From NCBI GenBank assembly GCA_043809585.1, contig JBDROZ010000025.1, forward strand, positions 1-64,000: a DNA stretch of 64,000 nucleotides. Reading direction: 5' to 3'. Positions within the stretch are counted from its first letter, which is position 1; the number at the start of each line of letters is the position of its first letter. Of the stretch, positions 18,789-26,924 are shown one piece after another. The stretch comes from Candidatus Eiseniibacteriota bacterium. GTDB lineage: Bacteria; Orphanbacterota; Orphanbacteria; Orphanbacterales; Orphanbacteraceae. Made by a program: the position numbers and the translations under genes. The notes under the pieces are model-generated. The model had not been told where the DNA came from, did not search any database, and saw nothing but the letters and a program-made list of their open reading frames with translations.

Positions 18789-18818
18789 ACTATACCAAAC
18801 GAATTGGCGTAGTGTCAA
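18789..18818 (-). promoter_or_regulatory. sigma70 promoter for the lipoprotein pair
   Basis: TTGACA-18 bp-TATAGT with a TG extended -10. Confidence 0.75.
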
Positions 18819-19072
18819 CCCAATTGCCTGTGACCGAAGCGGTTCCCGTATCGTGAGTTGCGGCGTTCGAGACCCCGTCGGGCGTGAGTGGGGGGCGCTG
18901 GGAAGTGGATTGAATCTTCCTCTATATATATATGCAAAGGCCGCCGGAGCGGATCACCCCGGCGGCTCGGAGAGAGAAGAGGGTCCCGGTCGGGGGGCTG
19001 CCGGAGGAATGGAGTGCGGTACCATCAGCCTGATCGACCGCCGGGAACGTCCCCTCCCCCTTCGAAGAAGAA

Positions 19073-19098
19073 GGGCCCCGGACTTGCGCCCGGGGCCC
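19073..19098 (-). terminator. Intrinsic terminator of the 1170-aa gene
   Basis: GGGCCCCGG/CCGGGGCCC stem followed on the minus strand by TTCTTCTT, about 27 nt after the stop. Confidence 0.7.
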
Positions 19099-19124
19099 CA
19101 GATGGCTTGACTGGCCGTTTCATA

Positions 19125-22100
19125 CTACCGGAGCAGCACCATCTTCTTGGTCGACGTCTCCTTGCCGGCGTCGAGCCGGTAGAAGTAAACGCCGCTGGTC
19201 ACATCACGACCATTGTTGTCCTTGCCGAACCAGGTGATGTTGTGCTCCCCGCTCTCCAGGGTGCCGTCCACGAGCGTGCGAACCTCGCGGCCCGCGATGT
19301 CGTAGATCTTCAACGTCGCCTTGCTCTTCGAGGGCAAGTTGAACTTGATGTTCGTGACCGGGTTGAACGGGTTCGGACGGTTCTGGTGAAGCACCAGCCG
19401 GTCCGTCGAAGGAACATCGGGCACGCCCGACGTGGGGCCGATCGTGCAGTTCGTCCGCGGTGTCGGAATACCCACGTTGAAGCAGCCGCTCCCCAGAATA
19501 CCCTGGGTCACGCAGTCCCGCTCCTGCACGCTCGCCAAGAACTCCATGCTGATGAACGACAGGACGACCTTGGAGCCGCTCGGATGGGTCTTGAGGAACA
19601 TCGCTGATTTGAGATCGTTAGCGTACTTCAAGATCGGTGTCGCGGTGGAGGCATTCGCCCCGTCATCGGGGTGCTTCCGGAACGGACAATCCCAGTATCC
19701 GGCGGCCTTGGTGATACCCGCGAGCGGGCCTGTTCCACCGCTGGTGAGATAGTACTTGTACGTTCCCGGCGCCACCGTGGAGATGTGGCCGCCGTCGTCG
19801 GGACAACCGCCCGGAACGGCCGCGAGACCACAGAGGACGGTCCAGAAGTGCGCGCCGTTCGTCGTCTGCACGCCGTTGCCGTCCACCCATGTCGGATCGG
19901 TCAAGCCATCGTCCTCGCAGAGATCGTCGCCGATAACCCAGACGTTGGCCGACCCGGGGAAGTTGACCCCGTCCTTGTCGATGAAAGTGGCGAGTTCGAG
20001 CTGGGTCGAGTCGACCACGGTGAAGTAGTTGAACTCACCGAAGAAGTAGATCACGGTGTCGTAACGGCGCGCGGGCGTCCCCAAGTTGTGGTTGATGACA
20101 CCGCCGTACCCGTCGTGATCGAACGGCTGTGAGTAGATGGGAGCGGTCCCCCGGCTCACGCCGTACCCTTCCCGGTACGTGTCGTACTGAATGCCGAGAC
20201 GGTCGAGGGATTCCGAGTAGATCTCCAGGGCCGTCGGGAACGCCTCGATGCCCGCGAAATCGAAACCCTCGTCCGACGCGACGTCATAGACGGCACGCCC
20301 AAAGCTGTCGACCAACAGAACCCTTTGGTTCTGGCCGTCCGGCAGAGGGTCTTTCGAGGTCGGGCAAGGCAGGACCCTCACGTTGAAGGGCCACGGATTC
20401 CGGCGGTCGTGCTCCTTGCCGGGGGTATCCTCGACGAGCAGGAGCGAGTTCCGGGCGAGGGAGTTCCGGTTCGGAACCGTGTCCGGTTGCGCTCCCGGTG
20501 TGCTGTCCAGACCGGTGAAGAAGTACTCGATGATCGTTCCCTCGGGCCAGAGCGTACCTCCGCCCAGGTAAGCGCTGTTGTCGGCGACCGTAACGATCGT
20601 ACTGTACACACCGTTGAACTCGGCCTTCGTTCCCACGGCTTCGGGATCGTCGGGCACCGAGAAGTTGCAGGTCTTCACGTTCCACGGCACGCTCGGGAAC
20701 TGGGTCGCCCCGAAGGGTCGGGCCGGTTCTTTGTCCCACGTCTGGCCGCAGTTCGTCGAGATCCGCCAGCAGATCTTGATGCTCGAGTTCAGAGGCGGAG
20801 GGCCGCCCATGACGCCGTCGGGGTCCCGCACCTGGATGGTCATCGAATCTTCCTGCTCCCAGATGTCGGTCGGGAAGAGTTCCCAGTTCTCTTTGAAGAG
20901 GGAGTGCATCGCCACGTCCCTGGCGTACGTGTCGGCGAAGGCCTCCGAGGCGCCTTGAGCCCAGCGCATTTCGGTAGACTCGAAGACACCCACGCTCATG
21001 TTGTCGACGATGTACACCGCTTTCCGGTGGGTGCCCATGCAGGGCAACTTCGAGGCCGCGTTGTAGTCGCAGCGGTCCAGGAACTCCCAGGAGAACTGGA
21101 TCGAGTCGATGTTCTCGCCGAGGTACTCGGACCAGTCTTCCGTCTGGTCGACGTTCCAGAACTGGCAACCGCCGACGATCACGTAGTTGTCGCCGTTCCA
21201 CTGGCTCCAGCGCTGAATCGAGCCATCGAAGACGCGGACCTGAGTGTCCGTCACGTCGCCCACGTTGCTCTTGATGCAGAGATACTGGTCGCTCTCTACC
21301 GCCACGCCGGTCCACCGGTCGTTGGGATCTCCCGATCCGTTTCCGTCCGGATCCCAGTACGGGTTGTTCACGCCGGTCTCGAAAACCGGAGTAACGAGAC
21401 GGTAGTGATAGCTGTCTTCCGTGTTATTGACGTTCGTCGCCTCGTCGGCGGAATCCCACATCCAGTTATTGGAATACTCGCAGGTGTTCCCCTTGTTCGC
21501 ATAGTTCGGATCGAGCTCCAGGTGCCACCAGTCTACGTAGACCGGGGTACCGTTCACCCAAACGCCGGCGGTCCAGTAACCGCCGATCTGCGCCTGCGGC
21601 AGGGTCGGCGTGCTCCACTCGGCGGGAAGACCGCTCTCGAAGTCCTCGTACGCCGAAAGGTCGAACGGGTAGCTGCCCGTCCCCCCCGTGGCCTCCGCCC
21701 AGATGTGGTCGATCCGCCACGCGCCGAGGGTGTGGACACCGCCGGACGCGTCCTCGTCGTCCCACGCGCTGTCCGAGGCGAAACGCCAACGGACCATGAG
21801 ATCATTGGTCGCGTTGTTCGCCGGAGGACCCACGACCGTGAAACTGTCGTACTGGGCACAGCCGTAGTCGGCGCCGCCCGTCCCCGAGCAATTCGAATCC
21901 GGGAGGCTGGTACCGTTGTAACGGGCCATCTCGAACCAGATCGCCGTGTTCACGTCGTTGCTGAGGCTGTACTCCAGGTAGCAGTAGTCGTAGGCGATCT
22001 CGACGTCGTACAGGTGAACGCCGCCCACGGTGAAACCGGTGGCCGCGTTAAACCCGTTGACGTCGCCCTGGTCACCCAGGTTCAGGATGATGGACCAGTT

Positions 22101-22637
22101 GTACTGCGGACCATAACCCCAGTCGTTCTTCCAGACCAGGGGGTCGCCGAATTCACCGCACCAGGGCGTCGAGTCCTCGGCCCCGCCCAGCGGGTAGTTC
22201 ATGAAGGTGTCGAGGTGCCACTGGTTGGCGAGAAGGGTGTACACGTCGTAGTGAGTGAAGCACCCGGGACGAGGAGGAGAGCCTCCGTAGAACGTCGTGG
22301 ACGAGCACGAATCGTAGGCGCCGGGGGCGTACAATCCGCGCTCCCAGCACCACGTGCCGTATCCGGGCGCGAGGCCGACACCCTGGCCGCCGTCAGTGGG
22401 AGATCCGGTCTCGTCACAACGGTCGTCGTCGTGAACCCGGATCCAGACGGTATCGCCGGGCGCGGCCTGTTTGGTAAAGAGAACATCACCGGTCTTGGTG
22501 ATGATCTCTCCGGGGACGGAACTGAGCGTTGTCATTTCTTTGGGGGTCTTCTCGGTCGCGGCCATCGCCGAAACGGCCATGACGAGACTGAGCCCCACCG
22601 CCAACGCGATCAGCGTCAGGAGTTTGGTGTTCCTCAT
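19125..22637 (-). CDS. Secreted Cys/Asp/Trp-rich protein (~1170 aa) with jelly-roll (MAM/immune inhibitor A-like) regions and C-terminal FlgD-Ig/T9SS-type domain
   Basis: Signal peptide MRNTKLLTLIALAVGLSLVMAVSAMA; YDYCYLEYS...VRWRFASD...AWRIDHI; C-terminus LHQNRPNPFNPVTNIKF...IYDIAGREVRTL...SGVYFYRL...KKMVLLR; GGAGG SD. Confidence 0.88.
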   Translation of the reverse strand: MRNTKLLTLIALAVGLSLVMAVSAMAATEKTPKEMTTLSSVPGEIITKTGDVLFTKQAAPGDTVWIRVHDDDRCDETGSPTDGGQGVGLAPGYGTWCWERGLYAPGAYDSCSSTTFYGGSPPRPGCFTHYDVYTLLANQWHLDTFMNYPLGGAEDSTPWCGEFGDPLVWKNDWGYGPQYNWSIILNLGDQGDVNGFNAATGFTVGGVHLYDVEIAYDYCYLEYSLSNDVNTAIWFEMARYNGTSLPDSNCSGTGGADYGCAQYDSFTVVGPPANNATNDLMVRWRFASDSAWDDEDASGGVHTLGAWRIDHIWAEATGGTGSYPFDLSAYEDFESGLPAEWSTPTLPQAQIGGYWTAGVWVNGTPVYVDWWHLELDPNYANKGNTCEYSNNWMWDSADEATNVNNTEDSYHYRLVTPVFETGVNNPYWDPDGNGSGDPNDRWTGVAVESDQYLCIKSNVGDVTDTQVRVFDGSIQRWSQWNGDNYVIVGGCQFWNVDQTEDWSEYLGENIDSIQFSWEFLDRCDYNAASKLPCMGTHRKAVYIVDNMSVGVFESTEMRWAQGASEAFADTYARDVAMHSLFKENWELFPTDIWEQEDSMTIQVRDPDGVMGGPPPLNSSIKICWRISTNCGQTWDKEPARPFGATQFPSVPWNVKTCNFSVPDDPEAVGTKAEFNGVYSTIVTVADNSAYLGGGTLWPEGTIIEYFFTGLDSTPGAQPDTVPNRNSLARNSLLLVEDTPGKEHDRRNPWPFNVRVLPCPTSKDPLPDGQNQRVLLVDSFGRAVYDVASDEGFDFAGIEAFPTALEIYSESLDRLGIQYDTYREGYGVSRGTAPIYSQPFDHDGYGGVINHNLGTPARRYDTVIYFFGEFNYFTVVDSTQLELATFIDKDGVNFPGSANVWVIGDDLCEDDGLTDPTWVDGNGVQTTNGAHFWTVLCGLAAVPGGCPDDGGHISTVAPGTYKYYLTSGGTGPLAGITKAAGYWDCPFRKHPDDGANASTATPILKYANDLKSAMFLKTHPSGSKVVLSFISMEFLASVQERDCVTQGILGSGCFNVGIPTPRTNCTIGPTSGVPDVPSTDRLVLHQNRPNPFNPVTNIKFNLPSKSKATLKIYDIAGREVRTLVDGTLESGEHNITWFGKDNNGRDVTSGVYFYRLDAGKETSTKKMVLLR

Positions 22638-22978
22638 ACTTCTGCCCTCCATCGCACAAGGAACGTGAAGTCCGTGGAATTTCCCCTCCCAGGCCTCTCC
22701 CCAATTGGAAGTCGGCTATGGCCCCGGGAAAAAGATCTCCCGTCCGCAGCCTCACAGGCACGCCGGCGACGGAACAACGCCCCCGCCCGGCTGCGGGCTT
22801 CCGAAATCGCGAATTCAAAAACGATTTGTTTCCCGATCACCTCCTCGTTGGAAAGGACACGTACCCCCTCGGCACCCCATGCTTTGCTCTATCCCATTAC
22901 GGGACAAGCGGTTGTAGAGATTGCCGCGCCGTGGGAGGTACTATCGCCACAGTATTGCCCAATGCTGCATCGGTGGCC

Positions 22979-23008
22979 ATTATACCAAAAGAAGAGTGAC
23001 AGTGTCAA
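22979..23008 (-). promoter_or_regulatory. Consensus sigma70 promoter, implying a ~335-nt 5' leader
   Basis: TTGACA-18 bp-TATAAT with a TG extended -10. Confidence 0.85.
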
Positions 23009-23059
23009 CCGCTTACCTGGCGCATTTCGAAGTGGTTAGGGCCGTTTTTCGAGGCGGGC

Positions 23060-24742
23060 TTATCGTCCCGTCACGGTGCTCACGTCCACCATCCAAGCAT
23101 CGTATTCCGTCCCGTTGTTATCCGATGACGGCTTGTCGATGCATGGGCTGAGGGAGACCAGAATCTTGGTCCCGTCCGAGGACCAGGCGGGGAAAGCGAC
23201 CTCCCGATAGCAGATGTTGACGCCCGTGGCGCCGGGCAGAGGGATATGGGTTTCCACGGTCCAATCACCTTCCCCGTCCCGCGCAATGAGCTTTAAACTA
23301 TTAAAATCAACCACATAAGCAATGTACTCCCCGAAGGGATCGATCGCCGGGTAAGAAGGGAACTCGTGGCGCTGAGAGATCGGAGCGTACGCCCCCGAAC
23401 CGGCGTCGTAGGACCAGAGGGACTGGGTTCGCTCGTCCTGGAAGAGATCGCTCGTTTTTCCGGCACGCCGTTCGGGGCGGACCCGGACGGAACCGGCGTC
23501 CGGTCTCTTGCCCGATCCACAGGAAGCATCGAGTCTGACCAGGAGGGTTTCGAGTTCGGCCACTTCGGCCCAGACCGAATCTCGCTTGAGATTCCCGAGC
23601 GAGTCCCGGCAGGTGAGGGAACGGATCTTCAGCTCGTGGAGCCCGGGGAAGACGCAGTCGATGAAGGTCGTGTCCGCCCTGATCGACGTCTGCTGCCGGC
23701 CATCGTAGTAGAAGACCGATCCCAATGGCCTGGCGATAAGACGGATCGCGCCCCGGGGGTTGTCGAACCTGAAGACCGCCTCGCTCGTGTCGTTTTCGAA
23801 GACGGCAATCGGCGTGGTCAGGAGGGTGTCGCAATAATCCTCTTCGGCGCCGCTCTGATTCCGGAAAGTGGCCCCCACGAGATAACCGCCGAGAGGACGG
23901 CCGCCGACGACACTCGGGGTGAGGACGCCGGTCTCCACACCTTCGAGGGAGATTTCCGCGCCGAGTTCATCACCCGATTCGGTGTCGAAGGCCTCGACCA
24001 GGATCGACCCGAGGGGCTGGCGACTGTCGGAGACGAAGAAGATGAGATCCCCTTCGGGAAGACGAATGCCCGTCGGCTGGTTCTCCACGAAATCGTTGGT
24101 TCCGGAGAAGATGAAGTCCGAGGGATCGTTGATCACTTTTTGCGTGCCGGCCGTTTCATCTCCGTCGAGGGAGACGATATAGACATTTTGACCATCCGAA
24201 TAGAGGATGGTGTCGTCGTCGAGCCACGTGGAGGCGGAAGGTTTGGAAACCGTCGCCTCGTCGGAAAGGTCCGTGTTCGTGAGGCGCACTTCGTCTCCCG
24301 GATTGTCGAAATCGCCTACGTGAATCAGGTAGAGTTCGTAGCCCGCGACCGTTTCATTCTGGGGGCTCGTGACCACACGGGTGAAGGCGATGCGCTCCCC
24401 GTCGGGGGACCAGGAAGGATCGAAATCGTCCGCGGGCGATTCGGTGATCCGGTGATAGACGATTTCTCCCGAGCCGTCGCCGAGTTCGGCCACCCAGATT
24501 TCTTCGTTGTTGTCGGTGTTTCCGCGGTCGGAGTTGAATGCGATGACGTCGGTGCCGCCGGGCCGGAACGAGGGGTACCGGACGTTGCCTTCCAGGAGCT
24601 TGGTCCAGTCGCCGCAGTTTGGACAGTCGAAGATGGGCGTCGGGTTGTCGTCACTCCCGCAGCCGGCGACCGAGAGAAGGAACGCCGCGAAGATCGTGAA
24701 AGCACCTCCCGTCCGCCACAGAGAACCCGCCACTGATCCCAT
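23060..24742 (-). CDS. Lipoprotein with TolB/PD40-type propeller repeats interrupted by PEGA-like domains
   Basis: Lipobox VAG-C; DFDPSWSPDGERIAF, FPAWSSDGTKIL, YPAIDPFGEYIAY; central AEISLEGVETGVLTP and SVFYYDG...PGLHELKI (PEGA-like). Confidence 0.82.
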   Translation of the reverse strand: MGSVAGSLWRTGGAFTIFAAFLLSVAGCGSDDNPTPIFDCPNCGDWTKLLEGNVRYPSFRPGGTDVIAFNSDRGNTDNNEEIWVAELGDGSGEIVYHRITESPADDFDPSWSPDGERIAFTRVVTSPQNETVAGYELYLIHVGDFDNPGDEVRLTNTDLSDEATVSKPSASTWLDDDTILYSDGQNVYIVSLDGDETAGTQKVINDPSDFIFSGTNDFVENQPTGIRLPEGDLIFFVSDSRQPLGSILVEAFDTESGDELGAEISLEGVETGVLTPSVVGGRPLGGYLVGATFRNQSGAEEDYCDTLLTTPIAVFENDTSEAVFRFDNPRGAIRLIARPLGSVFYYDGRQQTSIRADTTFIDCVFPGLHELKIRSLTCRDSLGNLKRDSVWAEVAELETLLVRLDASCGSGKRPDAGSVRVRPERRAGKTSDLFQDERTQSLWSYDAGSGAYAPISQRHEFPSYPAIDPFGEYIAYVVDFNSLKLIARDGEGDWTVETHIPLPGATGVNICYREVAFPAWSSDGTKILVSLSPCIDKPSSDNNGTEYDAWMVDVSTVTGR

Positions 24743-24817
24743 CCTCCTTTCCCATCGCCGGGAGAACGGAGCCTCGCAAGGCTCCGATCGCTAACCTCAT
24801 GGATTTCAAGCCCGTTC

Positions 24818-24846
24818 ACTATACGGGAGGCCCCCTTGAGTGTCAA
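24818..24846 (-). promoter_or_regulatory. sigma70 promoter for the PD40/PEGA lipoprotein
   Basis: TTGACA-17 bp-TATAGT. Confidence 0.75.
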
Positions 24847-24953
24847 GCCTCCGGCGGAGTCTCCCCGGCCCGTTGTGAACGGTCTCCGGCCGTGCTACGG
24901 TCACGTCCGAACGGGACGAGGCGACCGACGCTGGGGGGGAGGGTATCACGAAC

Positions 24954-26912
24954 GTGCGGGAAAAGCGACTCAGCCGAGACCGCTTGGCCGGCGCCCTCGG
25001 GCTTCCGGTGGCTCTCGGGCTCACGGCCTATTTTTTCCGCGCCCATCCGCCCCGTCCCGCGTTCGGCGGGCCGGCGCCGTGCGACGGAGCGTTTCCGATC
25101 GGGGTCCATGCCGCCTCCCTCCTCGGGGCGGCGCTCTTCGGTCTCCTGCTTCTCGCCGCCGGGACCGGTCTCCGACGACTCCTCCGGGCGGGCCGGGGCG
25201 ACGGCGGCGCTTCTTTCGCGCTGGGCGCGGCTTACTGCTCGATGCTCTCCCTCCTTCTCCTCACGATGGGGGCTTTCCGGCTTTGGATTCTCGTCCCCCT
25301 CCTCTTCCTTCCCGCGCTCCTCGCCGGCCCCCCCCGCATGCCGGGCCTTCCGAAGCCGATCCGGCCGGGACCGGGGGAGGCGGCCGGGGCAGTTCTTCTC
25401 GCCTTGGCCTTGGCGGACCTCCTCGTCCGCGCCCTCGCGCCCCTCACCGCCAACGATCCGATCGTCTACCATATGACCCTCGCCCGGGGATATGCGGCGG
25501 CGGGCGGCCTCGACGGCGCGCCCGATTTGATCTACGCCAAGATGCCGCACGGGGGGGATCTCCTCTACGCCGGCGCCTCACTCTTCGGCGGCGAGGGGGC
25601 GGCCCGGCTATTCCACGTACTCCTCGCGGCGGCGGGCGCCCGGCTCGCCGCCTCCCTCGCCCGCGCGCTCCGGCCCGGATCATCGGGGCTTCCGGCGGCG
25701 GCGCTCTTTCTCACCCTTCCCCTCGTCCTCGATTCCCGGATCGTGGGCGACGTGGACCTCGCGGCGGTCCTCTTCTTCGGAGGCGCCCTTCTCGGTATCG
25801 TCCCCCGGGGCCGGAGCCGGGGCGATTTGATCGGCGCCTCCCTCCTGGCCGGGGCCCTTCTTACGGTGAAGTACAGCGCCCTCGCCGCCTACGTTCCCCT
25901 GGCGCTCGCCCTCTTCCTCCCGGCGTTCGGCCCCGCGCGCCGGGGCGGCCGGGGGGGGAGAATTGCGCTCTTCGCCGCGCTCTCCCTCGCTTTCTTCCTC
26001 CCCTGGGGGTTGAAGGCGTGGGTCCAGACCGGCAACCCCCTCTTTCCTCTCCTTCCCCGTCTTCTCGGAGGGCGGGGGTGGGACCCGGTACTCGACGGCC
26101 GGCTCTTCGCCTGGCAGCAATCGATCGGCATGGGGCGCGGCGTTGCCGACTGGCTCCTCCTCCCGTGGAACGTGGTCTTCCACGGCCAGCCCCGGTACGA
26201 CGGGTTCGACGGGGTTCTCTCGCCCGTGCTCCTCCTCTGGGGTTTTTGGGCGGCGGCCCGAGGAGGGTCCGCCGCGCGGGCCGCCCTCATATTGGTACTC
26301 GTCGGGCTCCTGCTCTGGGGACTCGGGTCGCAGCAGCTCCGGTTCCTCCTGCCGTTGGTGCTCCTCCTCGCCGCCGTCGCGGGGGCGTGGTGGCGTACCG
26401 AGAGGGGATGGCCGGGCGCGGCCCAAGCGACGCTCTTCTTCGGCGTCGCCGCCCTCCTGCTCGCTCCGGCCCTCCGGGAGACGGCGAGGGACACGCTGCC
26501 CGTCGTCCTCGGCCGGGAACGGTCGGAGGCCTATTTGGAAAGGAAGATCCAATCCTACGAAGCGTTCCGATCTTTGGACCGGGTGGTGCCGGAGGGGGAG
26601 CGGGTCGCTCTTCTTTGGGAGAACCGGGTCTACTACTCTCCGAGGCCGTGGATCGCGGATAGCTTCTTCGAGGCTTCCGAGATGGCCCGGCGCGCCGAGA
26701 TTGCAGGCTCGGCGGACCGCTTTCTCGCGGCCCTCCGGGCCGAGGGGGCTTCCTGGATCCTCGTCAATCACGCCTTGGGGGGCGCCTTCGCCCGCTTTTC
26801 CTCCGCCGAGGCGCTCTCCGTGATGGAAGGGGCCTTGCGGCGTTCGGAGAGCGCCGGAGCGTGGAAGGGGCTCGAGCTCTACCGGATTCCGGCGGATTCT
26901 GCACTCCAATAG
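24954..26912 (+). CDS. GT-C fold (ArnT/PMT-like) integral membrane glycosyltransferase
   Basis: Many TM helices; first-loop motif NDPIVYH...YAKMP, DVDLA, KYSAL, PW...TGNPLFP, QQLRFLLP; periplasmic tail ENRVYY. Confidence 0.75.
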   Translation: MREKRLSRDRLAGALGLPVALGLTAYFFRAHPPRPAFGGPAPCDGAFPIGVHAASLLGAALFGLLLLAAGTGLRRLLRAGRGDGGASFALGAAYCSMLSLLLLTMGAFRLWILVPLLFLPALLAGPPRMPGLPKPIRPGPGEAAGAVLLALALADLLVRALAPLTANDPIVYHMTLARGYAAAGGLDGAPDLIYAKMPHGGDLLYAGASLFGGEGAARLFHVLLAAAGARLAASLARALRPGSSGLPAAALFLTLPLVLDSRIVGDVDLAAVLFFGGALLGIVPRGRSRGDLIGASLLAGALLTVKYSALAAYVPLALALFLPAFGPARRGGRGGRIALFAALSLAFFLPWGLKAWVQTGNPLFPLLPRLLGGRGWDPVLDGRLFAWQQSIGMGRGVADWLLLPWNVVFHGQPRYDGFDGVLSPVLLLWGFWAAARGGSAARAALILVLVGLLLWGLGSQQLRFLLPLVLLLAAVAGAWWRTERGWPGAAQATLFFGVAALLLAPALRETARDTLPVVLGRERSEAYLERKIQSYEAFRSLDRVVPEGERVALLWENRVYYSPRPWIADSFFEASEMARRAEIAGSADRFLAALRAEGASWILVNHALGGAFARFSSAEALSVMEGALRRSESAGAWKGLELYRIPADSALQ

Positions 26913-26924
26913 GACAAGAACCGA

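Noticed and set aside
22835-22845. GATCACCTCCT as the end of a 16S rRNA gene
   Set aside because: The flanking sequence is not rRNA-like; kept only as a possible SD-like leader motif.
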